IMG/VR virus record: IMGVR_UViG_3300036769_000405 | DNA: 64,000 nt | Strand: one strand, 5' to 3' | Origin: an uncultured virus (IMG/VR IMGVR_UViG_3300036769_000405) | Lineage: Duplodnaviria; Heunggongvirae; Uroviricota; Caudoviricetes | Shown here: positions 48,666 through 57,310 of the stretch, piece after piece | Numbering within the stretch: position 1 is the first letter of the stretch | Layout of the letters: each line of letters begins with the position of its first letter | Translations under genes and position numbers: made by a program | The notes under the pieces: model-generated | Databases searched by the model: none | What the model was told of the DNA's origin: nothing | What the model saw: the letters and a program-made list of their open reading frames with translations, nothing else

Positions 48666-49220
48666 ATGATTGAGCAGTACGTTCAAGCAAATAGCTTGTC
48701 TTGCCTTATGAACGAGGATAGAACAATCGAGATTATTCCTGAACCGTTTCGTATGCAAGGCTCAGTTTCATTCCGTGTCACCTACTCCGAGTATAGTAAC
48801 TATATTCTTTCATTACCTAAGGATACTGGCGTTATTTTAATGTCAGAACTTTCGTATTTACGAAACCTTGCATCTTCAGATAACCCGAAGCTGTACTCTT
48901 GCTTTTTAAAAGACTTAGCATTTGCGATATGTAAAGAAGTATGGTTTTCAGAGTGTTATGCAAAAGATGCTTCAATAATCCTACCTGCGTCTTACATAAG
49001 TAAGGTTATGACTGTTTCAGCCATTTTACAATCTTATCTATATTGTAGAGACGTAGAAAGTGAACTTTTAGGTAAAGTACAATCCGCAGGGTTTAAACCA
49101 TTTAAGACACAGCGTATACAAAATATACGGCTAGTTCAGTTAGCGGTCGTCTTGTATTCAATGTCTAAAGTTCCAAATGGTGTGGAAGAGGTTAATCTTG
49201 TGTACGACTTAGTCACCTAG
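48666..49220 (+). CDS. Hypothetical protein
   Basis: 184 aa, AAGGAGG SD. Confidence 0.7.
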   Translation: MIEQYVQANSLSCLMNEDRTIEIIPEPFRMQGSVSFRVTYSEYSNYILSLPKDTGVILMSELSYLRNLASSDNPKLYSCFLKDLAFAICKEVWFSECYAKDASIILPASYISKVMTVSAILQSYLYCRDVESELLGKVQSAGFKPFKTQRIQNIRLVQLAVVLYSMSKVPNGVEEVNLVYDLVT

Positions 49221-49240
49221 AAAAATTTTAAAATCCGAAT

Positions 49241-49544
49241 ATTATTTTTCTGGTGATTAAGTATATACAAGTGATGAGCGTTAGTAAAGCTAACACAAAG
49301 CTCAACTTCTCAGAGAATGGCGACACTTTGAGAAACATCTACAACTTAATATGTACGCTTTATTGCTTGGCGGGTTGTTTACAACAAACAATAAAACAAA
49401 GCTAGGAGAAGGTTAGGCTATCTTACCTTAAGTCACACGTCACACTCTAAGTCTGTCACATAGTGAATAGAATATGTAGTTCCTGCATCCCTGACTCTAC
49501 AAAATGATAGTGCTTACAAATTTACCAAATGGAGGTACATGTAA
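49241..49544 (+). promoter_or_regulatory. Promoter-like motif plus structured 5' leader of the 410-aa gene
   Basis: TTTTC-N11-TATATA-N4-TG at 49246-49273; stems TGAGC/GCTCA, TTCTCAGAG/CTTTGAGAA, TTTATTG/CAATAAA, AAGGT/ACCTT. Confidence 0.55.
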
Positions 49545-50777
49545 ATGAATTCTCAGAAGAAAGCAGAATTAGCAACATTCCTTATCAAGAATAAGGGAAT
49601 CCTGTTACCTGAAGATCAGGACGCTGAAATCAAAAAGATGTCTGCACAGTGCCCGGAAGCTACGGCTACCGAGAAAGGTCTCGTTGATGAAGTCGACAGA
49701 GCCTATGAAGTTATGATCATTATGAATGGAACCGCAGGAGATCCGACCGGAACACAGGTACCGGTTGCTACACAGCCGACCAGCAGCATTTCCGCTGCAG
49801 AAGAACTGCAGATCAGCAAGACTCTGCTTAAGCAGGGACAGGAGCGTGCCGCAGTTTCTGCCAACACTACAATCGATTCTTACGTTTTTGATCGTCCGGA
49901 CCCGGCAACTGTTATCAAGGCTGGAACCAAGGGACAGATCGTTGAGAAGTCTTGGAAGTCTTTCCAGGAGAAAATTGACAAAGGTACTTACGTAGTTCTG
50001 CCGGATGACGGTGCAGATGTTGAGGAAGGTAAGCGGATCGCTTCTACCACAAACTACAACGCTTTAAAGGCGGCTTTTGAAGCAGGATCGCCTGTTGACG
50101 TTTACATTGGTGGATTAAACAAGAAACCTATCGGCTATATCGTAGTAAAGGGTAGTGCAACTGGTGCCGGCAATGCACCGGTTCAGATGACGCGTGAGCA
50201 GCTGGAGCAGTTTACCATTATGGAGACCGCTGGTTACATCGTAGCTTCTGAAACGAAGCCGGGCGTTAAGCTTAAGTACATGAATGCAAAAGCAGATCCG
50301 ACCAATCCTGGAAAGTCCATCCCGGGCAAGACCATTCTGGCAGATGCCAACAAGAAGGCTGCTGTTGAGGCGGGATCCTACGATGTTTCTCGTGAAGCAA
50401 CGAGTGAAGTTGTTTCTACCGGATGTAAGTCCGCTTTACAGATCAGAGTAAAAATGCCGAGCAAGACTGCAAAAGACGGTGTAACACCGCTTACGAAAAC
50501 TGTACGTATTTCCCTTAAGGCAGATCTGCCGACTCTTACAAGAAAAGCAAAGTATGTTGATGTGTTTGGTACCGGTGAGCGTGAATCCAATTCTGACCTG
50601 ATCAATGTTCCGACCGGAGAGCAGGCAAAGAAGATCTCTGAGGCTCAGAGAAATGCCATCGCAACTCTTCGTCAGAAAGCGAATGATCCGGCAACTGTTG
50701 GAGACCTTGCAGCTATCGCTGACAAGCTGGCAGCTTTCGATGCTCCGGCTTCTCAGGCTCCTGGTGCAGTTCTGTAA
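49545..50777 (+). CDS. Orphan 410-aa Ala/Lys/Thr-rich protein, probably abundant
   Basis: GGAGG SD; codons visibly shifted to CCG/CTG/ATC/ACC/AAG relative to neighbours; no signal peptide or TM. Confidence 0.85.
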   Translation: MNSQKKAELATFLIKNKGILLPEDQDAEIKKMSAQCPEATATEKGLVDEVDRAYEVMIIMNGTAGDPTGTQVPVATQPTSSISAAEELQISKTLLKQGQERAAVSANTTIDSYVFDRPDPATVIKAGTKGQIVEKSWKSFQEKIDKGTYVVLPDDGADVEEGKRIASTTNYNALKAAFEAGSPVDVYIGGLNKKPIGYIVVKGSATGAGNAPVQMTREQLEQFTIMETAGYIVASETKPGVKLKYMNAKADPTNPGKSIPGKTILADANKKAAVEAGSYDVSREATSEVVSTGCKSALQIRVKMPSKTAKDGVTPLTKTVRISLKADLPTLTRKAKYVDVFGTGERESNSDLINVPTGEQAKKISEAQRNAIATLRQKANDPATVGDLAAIADKLAAFDAPASQAPGAVL

Positions 50778-50789
50778 TTAACACATGAT

Positions 50790-51660
50790 CGCGGCGTGCG
50801 GGGTACAGGTGTTACCTCGCACCATATTAAAATAAGAAAGCACACTGAGTACTCTATTAGGCTAACGTCCGTCCATAAAGCCATAAATTAGGTATTTTGT
50901 TATCTCCCAACAACGTATACCTAACGTTAGCCTAACAGAGTACTTAGGTGCTCTAGGTACCGACTACCGGTGAGTTAAGAGTACTCTGGTTGGTATCTTA
51001 TAAGGCATTATTCGTCACATACAGGTTGCGACGTACGCCTATTAAACGGTGTTAGTTACCGAGCCATACTTATCGGTAACATTGTGCTAGCCGACGGGCT
51101 GATTCGGCGGCGTATGAAAAGGCGAAGTGGGCGGCCGGGAAACATGCCCCAGGTAAAAGGTTAAGTCGCCGTACCTAATAATCGGCGGCGTATGAAGCGC
51201 GGCGATACCACCAGGTGGTGAGATCCGGGTGGAATGCCGTATAAGCGAAGAGTCTGACGCAGTAGGGGAAATTGCCTCTACTGTTGGGTCAGACTACTAA
51301 TTAAGATGTCCGCAAGGTTGCGGATTGGTGGTATTTGTAGCCACCATGCTTGATGTATTGGGACAGAACGGAATAGTGTGGCTGCTAGATACTGCAGTCA
51401 TGTTGTTTAGTCACCCTGAACATCGTGGTATTGATGAGACTCTCTAGCCATTATGCTATTATAGTAGTCACAGCTGCTAGATAGCTGTTAGGGACTGTGA
51501 ACCTAACTATCTGTTCAGCTTCTATGTGTAACTTAGTTGGAAGATACACTGGATGCTGAGTCCAACAAACAGATTTTAGCGTTAATTCGCACTGGTACAA
51601 CTTTGAGTTCTCAATATAAAGCGGTAGGGGCTTTTCATCGGCTCCCTACCGCTTTTTTTC
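50790..51660 (+). ncRNA. Candidate large highly structured ncRNA (~870 nt), family not recognised
   Basis: No ORF; GC-richer; more than 10 consecutive stems with G-U pairs on the + strand; internal repeats; ends in a terminator. Confidence 0.75.
51618..51660 (+). terminator. Rho-independent terminator
   Basis: AAAGCGGTAGGGGC-loop-GCTCCCTACCGC followed by T7. Confidence 0.9.
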
Positions 51661-51726
51661 AATAAGTATACTGTTTAGTTTTGATAACCCCGTTATTAAA
51701 TCTAACACTTATTTGGAGGAAACTTT

Positions 51727-52878
51727 ATGAAAAGACCTGCTACATTTGAAGATATTAAAGGACATACTTGGCTTGTTCAATATCTCAAAGAAAACATTAC
51801 AAAAGGAACATTACACCACTTTTTGATATTAGAGGGGCCTGAAGGTCTTGGTAAGACATCTTTAGCTGATTTAATAGCACTCTCATTAGTTTATGGATTA
51901 GAGCCATCTAAAGCACGCGATGATGCTTATAAAGAGGTTGTTGTTAAGAAAGGTACTAATAATAATATTAAAAGATTTGAGTGTTCTGTCGACGGTGGTA
52001 AAGACGTTGCACGTTTAATTAAAGATGAAATGAATACAACGTTTACTGTTAAAGGTCCTAAAGTTATTATATGTGATGAATGCCATGGATTAACTGAACA
52101 GGCACAAGATGTGTTTCTGGCTGAGACTGAATATATCGGGGATGATGTTTACATCATCATGCTGACAACTGAGATCACAAAGTTAAAAGCTTCGCTAAGG
52201 TCTAGGGCTGTTCCGATTCACTTGAATCCATTGAAACAGTCTGAAATGGTTTTAGTACTTAAAGCAGAAGTAACAGCAAGAAATTTAAAGATACAGAATG
52301 AAGATATAGTCCTAGGTATGATTGCTGAATGGTCAGAATGCAAGCCAAGAACTGGATTAAATATTCTGGATGCGTTCGGAAATGGTTCTGCAGTTTCTAT
52401 GAATGCAATACGTGAGTTGATCGGTTACTTGGATATTAGAGATGTTGTTCCACTATTGGCTTCATTATCTGGCTCTATGACATTTGGATTAAGTTATATT
52501 TCAGAAATGCAGGTAAACGCCTCATTAATTAACAACGTTATTGAATGTATTAATTTGAAATCTGGAAATGGTTCTTACAAGATTAAAATGCAAGATGTTC
52601 CATACGTTAGAGATCAGCTTGTTAATGTTTCTGTTGAGCAGCTTGTAACATTCCTTTATGGAATTACAAAGAGTAGTAAGTTAACAAGGACATTGATTAT
52701 TAACGCTTACATTAGTGCACATGAGTCAGCACAGTCTTTAGTTGATTCAGATACTCATGAGACTCTAGCCTTGGAAAACATTCAGCGTTCAAATGTTCAA
52801 CTTGAAGTTGAGCATTCAGCAATGACAAAAGCACCTACACTGGATGACTTACTTATAAGTAGTAAAATAATACAATAA
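51727..52878 (+). CDS. DnaX (gamma/tau)-like clamp-loader AAA+ ATPase
   Basis: RPATFEDIKGH, GPEGLGKTS, ICDECHGLT..AQD, LRSRA; lacks the four-Cys Zn module. Confidence 0.85.
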   Translation: MKRPATFEDIKGHTWLVQYLKENITKGTLHHFLILEGPEGLGKTSLADLIALSLVYGLEPSKARDDAYKEVVVKKGTNNNIKRFECSVDGGKDVARLIKDEMNTTFTVKGPKVIICDECHGLTEQAQDVFLAETEYIGDDVYIIMLTTEITKLKASLRSRAVPIHLNPLKQSEMVLVLKAEVTARNLKIQNEDIVLGMIAEWSECKPRTGLNILDAFGNGSAVSMNAIRELIGYLDIRDVVPLLASLSGSMTFGLSYISEMQVNASLINNVIECINLKSGNGSYKIKMQDVPYVRDQLVNVSVEQLVTFLYGITKSSKLTRTLIINAYISAHESAQSLVDSDTHETLALENIQRSNVQLEVEHSAMTKAPTLDDLLISSKIIQ

Positions 52879-52891
52879 GGAGAATATTGAA

Positions 52892-53677
52892 ATGAAAAAA
52901 TTTATTTCTATACTAGTTGTTCTTAGTATTCTTTTAACAGGATGTAGCTTTACAAAATCTAACTCAGACAGCATTAAGTTGTCTGATGCTACATACACAC
53001 TTGAAATACCAGTAGCAGATGGTAAAGTGTTTACAATAGAAGTACCTACAGATTTACAAATTATGGCAACTGACAATAATGTATACTTTAAATTTAACAA
53101 TGATATTGTTATGTACGCTACTCACAATACAGAGTCTAGCTCTGAGGTAACCAAGTATGCTGTATCTAGACAGGTAGAAGAACGTTATATATTCGCTAGA
53201 TGTGATGGTGCTGTGAACAGACTGAAAGAGACCTTTGGAAACGGTATTATTAAAGATTGTGATGTAAAACTCTACATTGAGACTGAACTTAAAGAATTTC
53301 CTGAGTACATGGATATGTCCGATGATATGATACTGTATGATAATAATCTTTATATGCCAGACGGTTGTGAGGAAAACACAGTTAATATCTACACTTCCGA
53401 ACTTCTTTGTGATGGCGAATCATGGTTGGAGAGTTGGATCATGGATGGTACTTATGATGATATTAAAGATACACTAGCAACATATTGTATTACTAATTCG
53501 GGATCAGATAAGATTAATTATTGGTACAAAGATGATAACATTGTTATTATGTATTCCGGAGATAATATTGTTGCAGCCAAGAAATTACGCTATAATGAAT
53601 GGTATGTGTATTCCGGAAGTGCTATGTATGAAGATTACATACTAACTGGTGTAGATAAAGTACACAGTAGTATTTGA
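52892..53677 (+). CDS. Putative lipoprotein
   Basis: MKK-hydrophobic-LLTGC lipobox. Confidence 0.8.
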   Translation: MKKFISILVVLSILLTGCSFTKSNSDSIKLSDATYTLEIPVADGKVFTIEVPTDLQIMATDNNVYFKFNNDIVMYATHNTESSSEVTKYAVSRQVEERYIFARCDGAVNRLKETFGNGIIKDCDVKLYIETELKEFPEYMDMSDDMILYDNNLYMPDGCEENTVNIYTSELLCDGESWLESWIMDGTYDDIKDTLATYCITNSGSDKINYWYKDDNIVIMYSGDNIVAAKKLRYNEWYVYSGSAMYEDYILTGVDKVHSSI

Positions 53678-53687
53678 GGTACTGTTT

Positions 53688-54056
53688 ATGATAATTATAT
53701 CAGGGATCAAAGATATTGACTTTGCTCAATATGATCAAGTTTGGTACATTACCAACAACAACCCTAACATGCGAGTAGGTGCTCAGCATCATCAAGAGTT
53801 AGCACCACCTGCAAATTACTATTACCAGTATAGACAAGGTGCTATCTCATTAGACTCTCTACTTAATGAATATGGAAGCAAATTATGGTCTGGTGTTTAC
53901 AAAGAAGCTATTGATAACTTGATTGGATTGTCTGAGTCAGAGTTATGGATTCAGTTAGTTTGTTATTGTACTAATTATAATAAATGTCACCGCTATGTAT
54001 TATATAGATATCTTAAAGAGATTTATGATAAGGTAGTTTGTCTTGATATTCAGTAA
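53688..54056 (+). CDS. DUF488-family protein
   Basis: ELAPP and LVCYC....CHR motifs. Confidence 0.75.
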   Translation: MIIISGIKDIDFAQYDQVWYITNNNPNMRVGAQHHQELAPPANYYYQYRQGAISLDSLLNEYGSKLWSGVYKEAIDNLIGLSESELWIQLVCYCTNYNKCHRYVLYRYLKEIYDKVVCLDIQ

Positions 54057-54070
54057 AGGAGACTTTTACT

Positions 54071-54685
54071 ATGGTGTTTACGATCGAATCAGATGATAAG
54101 AAAGCTACTATTTTAGCGAGTCAGAAACAAGAGCATTTAAAATTGCAAAAGTTTTGTATAGGATTTCTATTAATGTTATTCACAATAGTAATATACTATA
54201 TCAGCACTAAGTTGATTGTGATAAAGGAGAGTTTGAATGAATGGGAATTTGTTTTAACTCTTTTGAGTTTTTGTTTTACTATAGCTTTGGTATACATATC
54301 ACTTGGCGATAAATATAACATTGGACAACCTTTGAATTTTGCAATGTTTATAGATGAGCAGATTCAAATAAAGAACAAGACGTTTATATATCGTTACAGG
54401 GATATGTATGATTTACATGATGGTTGCTGGAGATATATCATATGTGATCTTAACGGTGGTATTGAAAGTGTTAAGTATTCAGTTGATCAGCATAAAGTAA
54501 CGATTGATGGCTTGCTATATACTGCCAGGTTATCTAGTGATAAATGTGAGATTACAGCATTTGATTATGAAGAAGCTATATGTATGCCATTCTCATTTTA
54601 TGATTATTTCACAACTGGTCTCTACGAACAGTTAATTGAGGAGATTAAAAGAAATGATAATGCTATCAGGAAAGAAGCAAGTTGA
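54071..54685 (+). CDS. Two-TM membrane protein
   Basis: Two N-terminal hydrophobic helices; AAAGGAG SD. Confidence 0.7.
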   Translation: MVFTIESDDKKATILASQKQEHLKLQKFCIGFLLMLFTIVIYYISTKLIVIKESLNEWEFVLTLLSFCFTIALVYISLGDKYNIGQPLNFAMFIDEQIQIKNKTFIYRYRDMYDLHDGCWRYIICDLNGGIESVKYSVDQHKVTIDGLLYTARLSSDKCEITAFDYEEAICMPFSFYDYFTTGLYEQLIEEIKRNDNAIRKEAS

Positions 54686-55013
54686 TTGTCAGCAATATGA
54701 TCATGTTTGGTATGTAACTCACACATGTCCTGGCATGAAAACAGGTTGTGAACATCATCCTGAATTAGCTGCTTCTAAGAAGACTTGTAATTTGTGTTAT
54801 CCTCCACATACTGACTTAGATTTATTCTACAAAGAGTATGTTAGGGAATTAACCTCTGAGCCTAGGATTTCCAAACTTAAGCAAATAGTTGAAAGATCTG
54901 AAGCTGGTGAATGGTTTCAACTTATATTTTATGAGGATGACCCTAATGATGGTGAACGTCCTTATATGTATAAGATTTTAAAACAATTAACTAACGATGT
55001 TTACATCGAATGA
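54654..55013 (+). CDS. DUF488-like paralog lacking the Cys/His motif
   Basis: QYDHVWYVT...HHPELA...GEWFQLIFYE aligns with 53688..54056; CHR replaced by GER. Confidence 0.7.
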   Translation: MIMLSGKKQVDCQQYDHVWYVTHTCPGMKTGCEHHPELAASKKTCNLCYPPHTDLDLFYKEYVRELTSEPRISKLKQIVERSEAGEWFQLIFYEDDPNDGERPYMYKILKQLTNDVYIE

Positions 55014-55201
55014 AAGGAGACAAGATAATGAGTAGCAAAACTTTAAACTTACTGACATTTTTAGCAGGCGTTGCAGTTGGTGCAGCTAGCACATTTGTAG
55101 GTGTAACAATTCACAATGCTATTGAATGTTTGGATGAAGATGAAACTTCAGAAAATGAAGATGATTATTTCGAAGATCCGGATATTGCTACAGAGGAGTA
55201 G
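55010..55201 (+). CDS. Small TM protein with acidic tail
   Basis: FLAGVAVGAA then D/E-rich; start probably 55028. Confidence 0.65.
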   Translation: MKGDKIMSSKTLNLLTFLAGVAVGAASTFVGVTIHNAIECLDEDETSENEDDYFEDPDIATEE

Positions 55202-55219
55202 TAAAGGAGTAGGTACATA

Positions 55220-56380
55220 ATGGACGATACATTAACTTTAGATGAATGTATTGATCTTGTTATAACACAATTTACCAGATATAACCAGACTGGTATCAAT
55301 TGTGTCAACAAGGGTGCTATGACTCTGGAATCTTTTAAACAGGATGTCTATTCTTTTATGGATTCCAGAGTACCTGCTGAATTTCAGGATATTTGCTGGG
55401 ATGAATTACAAGCTGCTGCTTGGAATTACGATATTATTAAACCACTCATATACGATGACGGTGCTATTTCAGACATTGTTATTCATGCTTGGAATAATGT
55501 TTGGATAAACACTAGAGGTCAGTGGTCTGAATGGAGTAAACATTTCAGAAACGAAGATCATTACTTGCGATTCTTTAACCACGTTTGTTTTATGACTGGA
55601 ACAGTAGTAAATGAAAACAATGCTTGTGAAAATTGTACTGATATTTACACATGTCCTGACTTCAGATTGAGAATTAACTTCGTACACAAGTCTATAAATA
55701 CGGATGGTAACAATGTTTTATCTTTCCGTAAGATTCCTACACATAAGAAACTTTTGAATGATTTAACAAGTCCTGAAGAGGGTATGCTTACTGGAGATAT
55801 GTTACCTATTATACATAAGCACATTTCTGAAGCTACCGGTATTCTAATATGTGGTATGTCAGGTAGTGGTAAGACAACTTTTCTAAATGCTTTAGTTGAA
55901 GAGTTACCTAAAAATTGGAAGTATCTTTTTATACAAGAGAATGAAGAGTTGTACTCAGATACAAGACGTAATTCAGATTTCTTAAGAACTGTTAAAGGTA
56001 TTAATCAGTATGATGTCAAACATGATTTAAAAGAGATTGCTAGACAAGCACTTCTTATGTCTATTCAATGTTGTGTTGTTGGTGAAACAAAGGGTGGAGA
56101 AGCTCTTTATCTTTTGAATATCATGACAAACGGTGCTTTAGGTATCACTACTGCACATACTGATAGTGCTGAACATGGTTTGACAAAAATCGCTGATTAC
56201 GTTAAGTATGAATCTGACTATACACAAGATCAATGTTTGCAGATGCTTACTGCAATGAATAAAGTTTTCTTTTTGAAAGATTACAGACTGCGTGAGATTA
56301 CAACAGTACATGGTTACGATTCTGAGAAACATCAGTTAATAATGTCAACTGAACATTACAATCCAAATCCTAGGGTATAG
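55220..56380 (+). CDS. TadA/CpaF (VirB11-like) secretion ATPase
   Basis: IKPLIYDD..ISDI, SFRK, GMSGSGKTT, IQENEEL, VVGETKGGEA, TTAHTDSA. Confidence 0.88.
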   Translation: MDDTLTLDECIDLVITQFTRYNQTGINCVNKGAMTLESFKQDVYSFMDSRVPAEFQDICWDELQAAAWNYDIIKPLIYDDGAISDIVIHAWNNVWINTRGQWSEWSKHFRNEDHYLRFFNHVCFMTGTVVNENNACENCTDIYTCPDFRLRINFVHKSINTDGNNVLSFRKIPTHKKLLNDLTSPEEGMLTGDMLPIIHKHISEATGILICGMSGSGKTTFLNALVEELPKNWKYLFIQENEELYSDTRRNSDFLRTVKGINQYDVKHDLKEIARQALLMSIQCCVVGETKGGEALYLLNIMTNGALGITTAHTDSAEHGLTKIADYVKYESDYTQDQCLQMLTAMNKVFFLKDYRLREITTVHGYDSEKHQLIMSTEHYNPNPRV

Positions 56381-56423
56381 CTGACATTAGAGTTATACTC
56401 TAGGTGTTATGGAGGGTTTCATT

Positions 56424-56900
56424 ATGACAGATAATTATCAGGAACGTTTTAAGTTATACTATAAAAAAGCTGTTTGTGCTGATGTACTATTTCGCGATGA
56501 TGCTGGAGGTGTTCGTTTAATGTATTATTACATATATGAATGCTTATTAAACCTACTTTTAGCAAAGTTCTATCCTGATACCAAGTTTGACCAGGAACCT
56601 TATCTTGATGAACTTGTTGATATGATCGGAATTAATGAAGATATGACTGAATATGAAAGTCATTGGTATAAAGGTATTGCCAAGGTTATGCATAAAGCCT
56701 TCGCAAATCCAACCAATATGCACAAAATAGATGTTGCAATTAAGGATAACCTTATGAATAAATTACACACTATTGCTCATGCTAGATGCATAGATGATTT
56801 TGACAACACTACTGACTTCTTTATGTTAGGGGCTTATCTACATGATAATGAATTTCTATATGATGGAATTTCTCTACCTAAGGAGTTTGTTTCAACTTAA
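56424..56900 (+). CDS. Hypothetical protein (weakly HEPN-like)
   Basis: YYYIYECLLNLLL helix and LDELV; no catalytic motif seen. Confidence 0.5.
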   Translation: MTDNYQERFKLYYKKAVCADVLFRDDAGGVRLMYYYIYECLLNLLLAKFYPDTKFDQEPYLDELVDMIGINEDMTEYESHWYKGIAKVMHKAFANPTNMHKIDVAIKDNLMNKLHTIAHARCIDDFDNTTDFFMLGAYLHDNEFLYDGISLPKEFVST

Positions 56901-56938
56901 ATTTTAGTAATGCTTATTAGTTAGACAGGAGATTTAAA

Positions 56939-57121
56939 ATGGCAATTTACAGCACTGAATATATTGTAGCAGTTGTAGTTATGATGACACTTGTACTACT
57001 TATGTTTATCATAACTTTGATAATCTTTGGAAAGAACGTGGAGAGTTCTCATGAAAGTTTATTTAGTCACTTACGACTGTGGATCAAAGTACATAGAAAC
57101 AGTCCAAGTAAGAGTAGATAA
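56939..57121 (+). CDS. Small single-TM protein
   Basis: AGGAG SD; long hydrophobic helix. Confidence 0.6.
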   Translation: MAIYSTEYIVAVVVMMTLVLLMFIITLIIFGKNVESSHESLFSHLRLWIKVHRNSPSKSR

Positions 57122-57310
57122 AACAACATCCCATATAATGATGATATGCTTCATTTTAAAAACAGCTGATTATAAGTCTAAAGAAACCACACTGGTACAA
57201 AGAATATACTTCAGGAGAAGCTGATAAAGAATATATGGAGGTTTCTATACATATCAACGACTTAAAGATTATTTTGTAATCTCTAGACTTGATGTGTAGT
57301 ATAAATTAAA

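Noticed and set aside
49545..50777. Calling the 410-aa protein a major capsid protein
   Set aside because: Size and codon bias fit, but there is no recognisable HK97 motif and no portal, protease or terminase neighbours
50790..51660. tRNA, tmRNA, RNase P, SRP or CRISPR identity for the structured region
   Set aside because: No TTCGA T-loop cloverleaf, no GAGGAAAGTCC, no SRP GGAA/AGCAG core, and no regularly spaced identical repeats
57051..57300. Possible multiply frameshifted gene starting MKVYLVTYDCG
   Set aside because: Coding-like segments occur in several frames, but I cannot reconstruct a supported product
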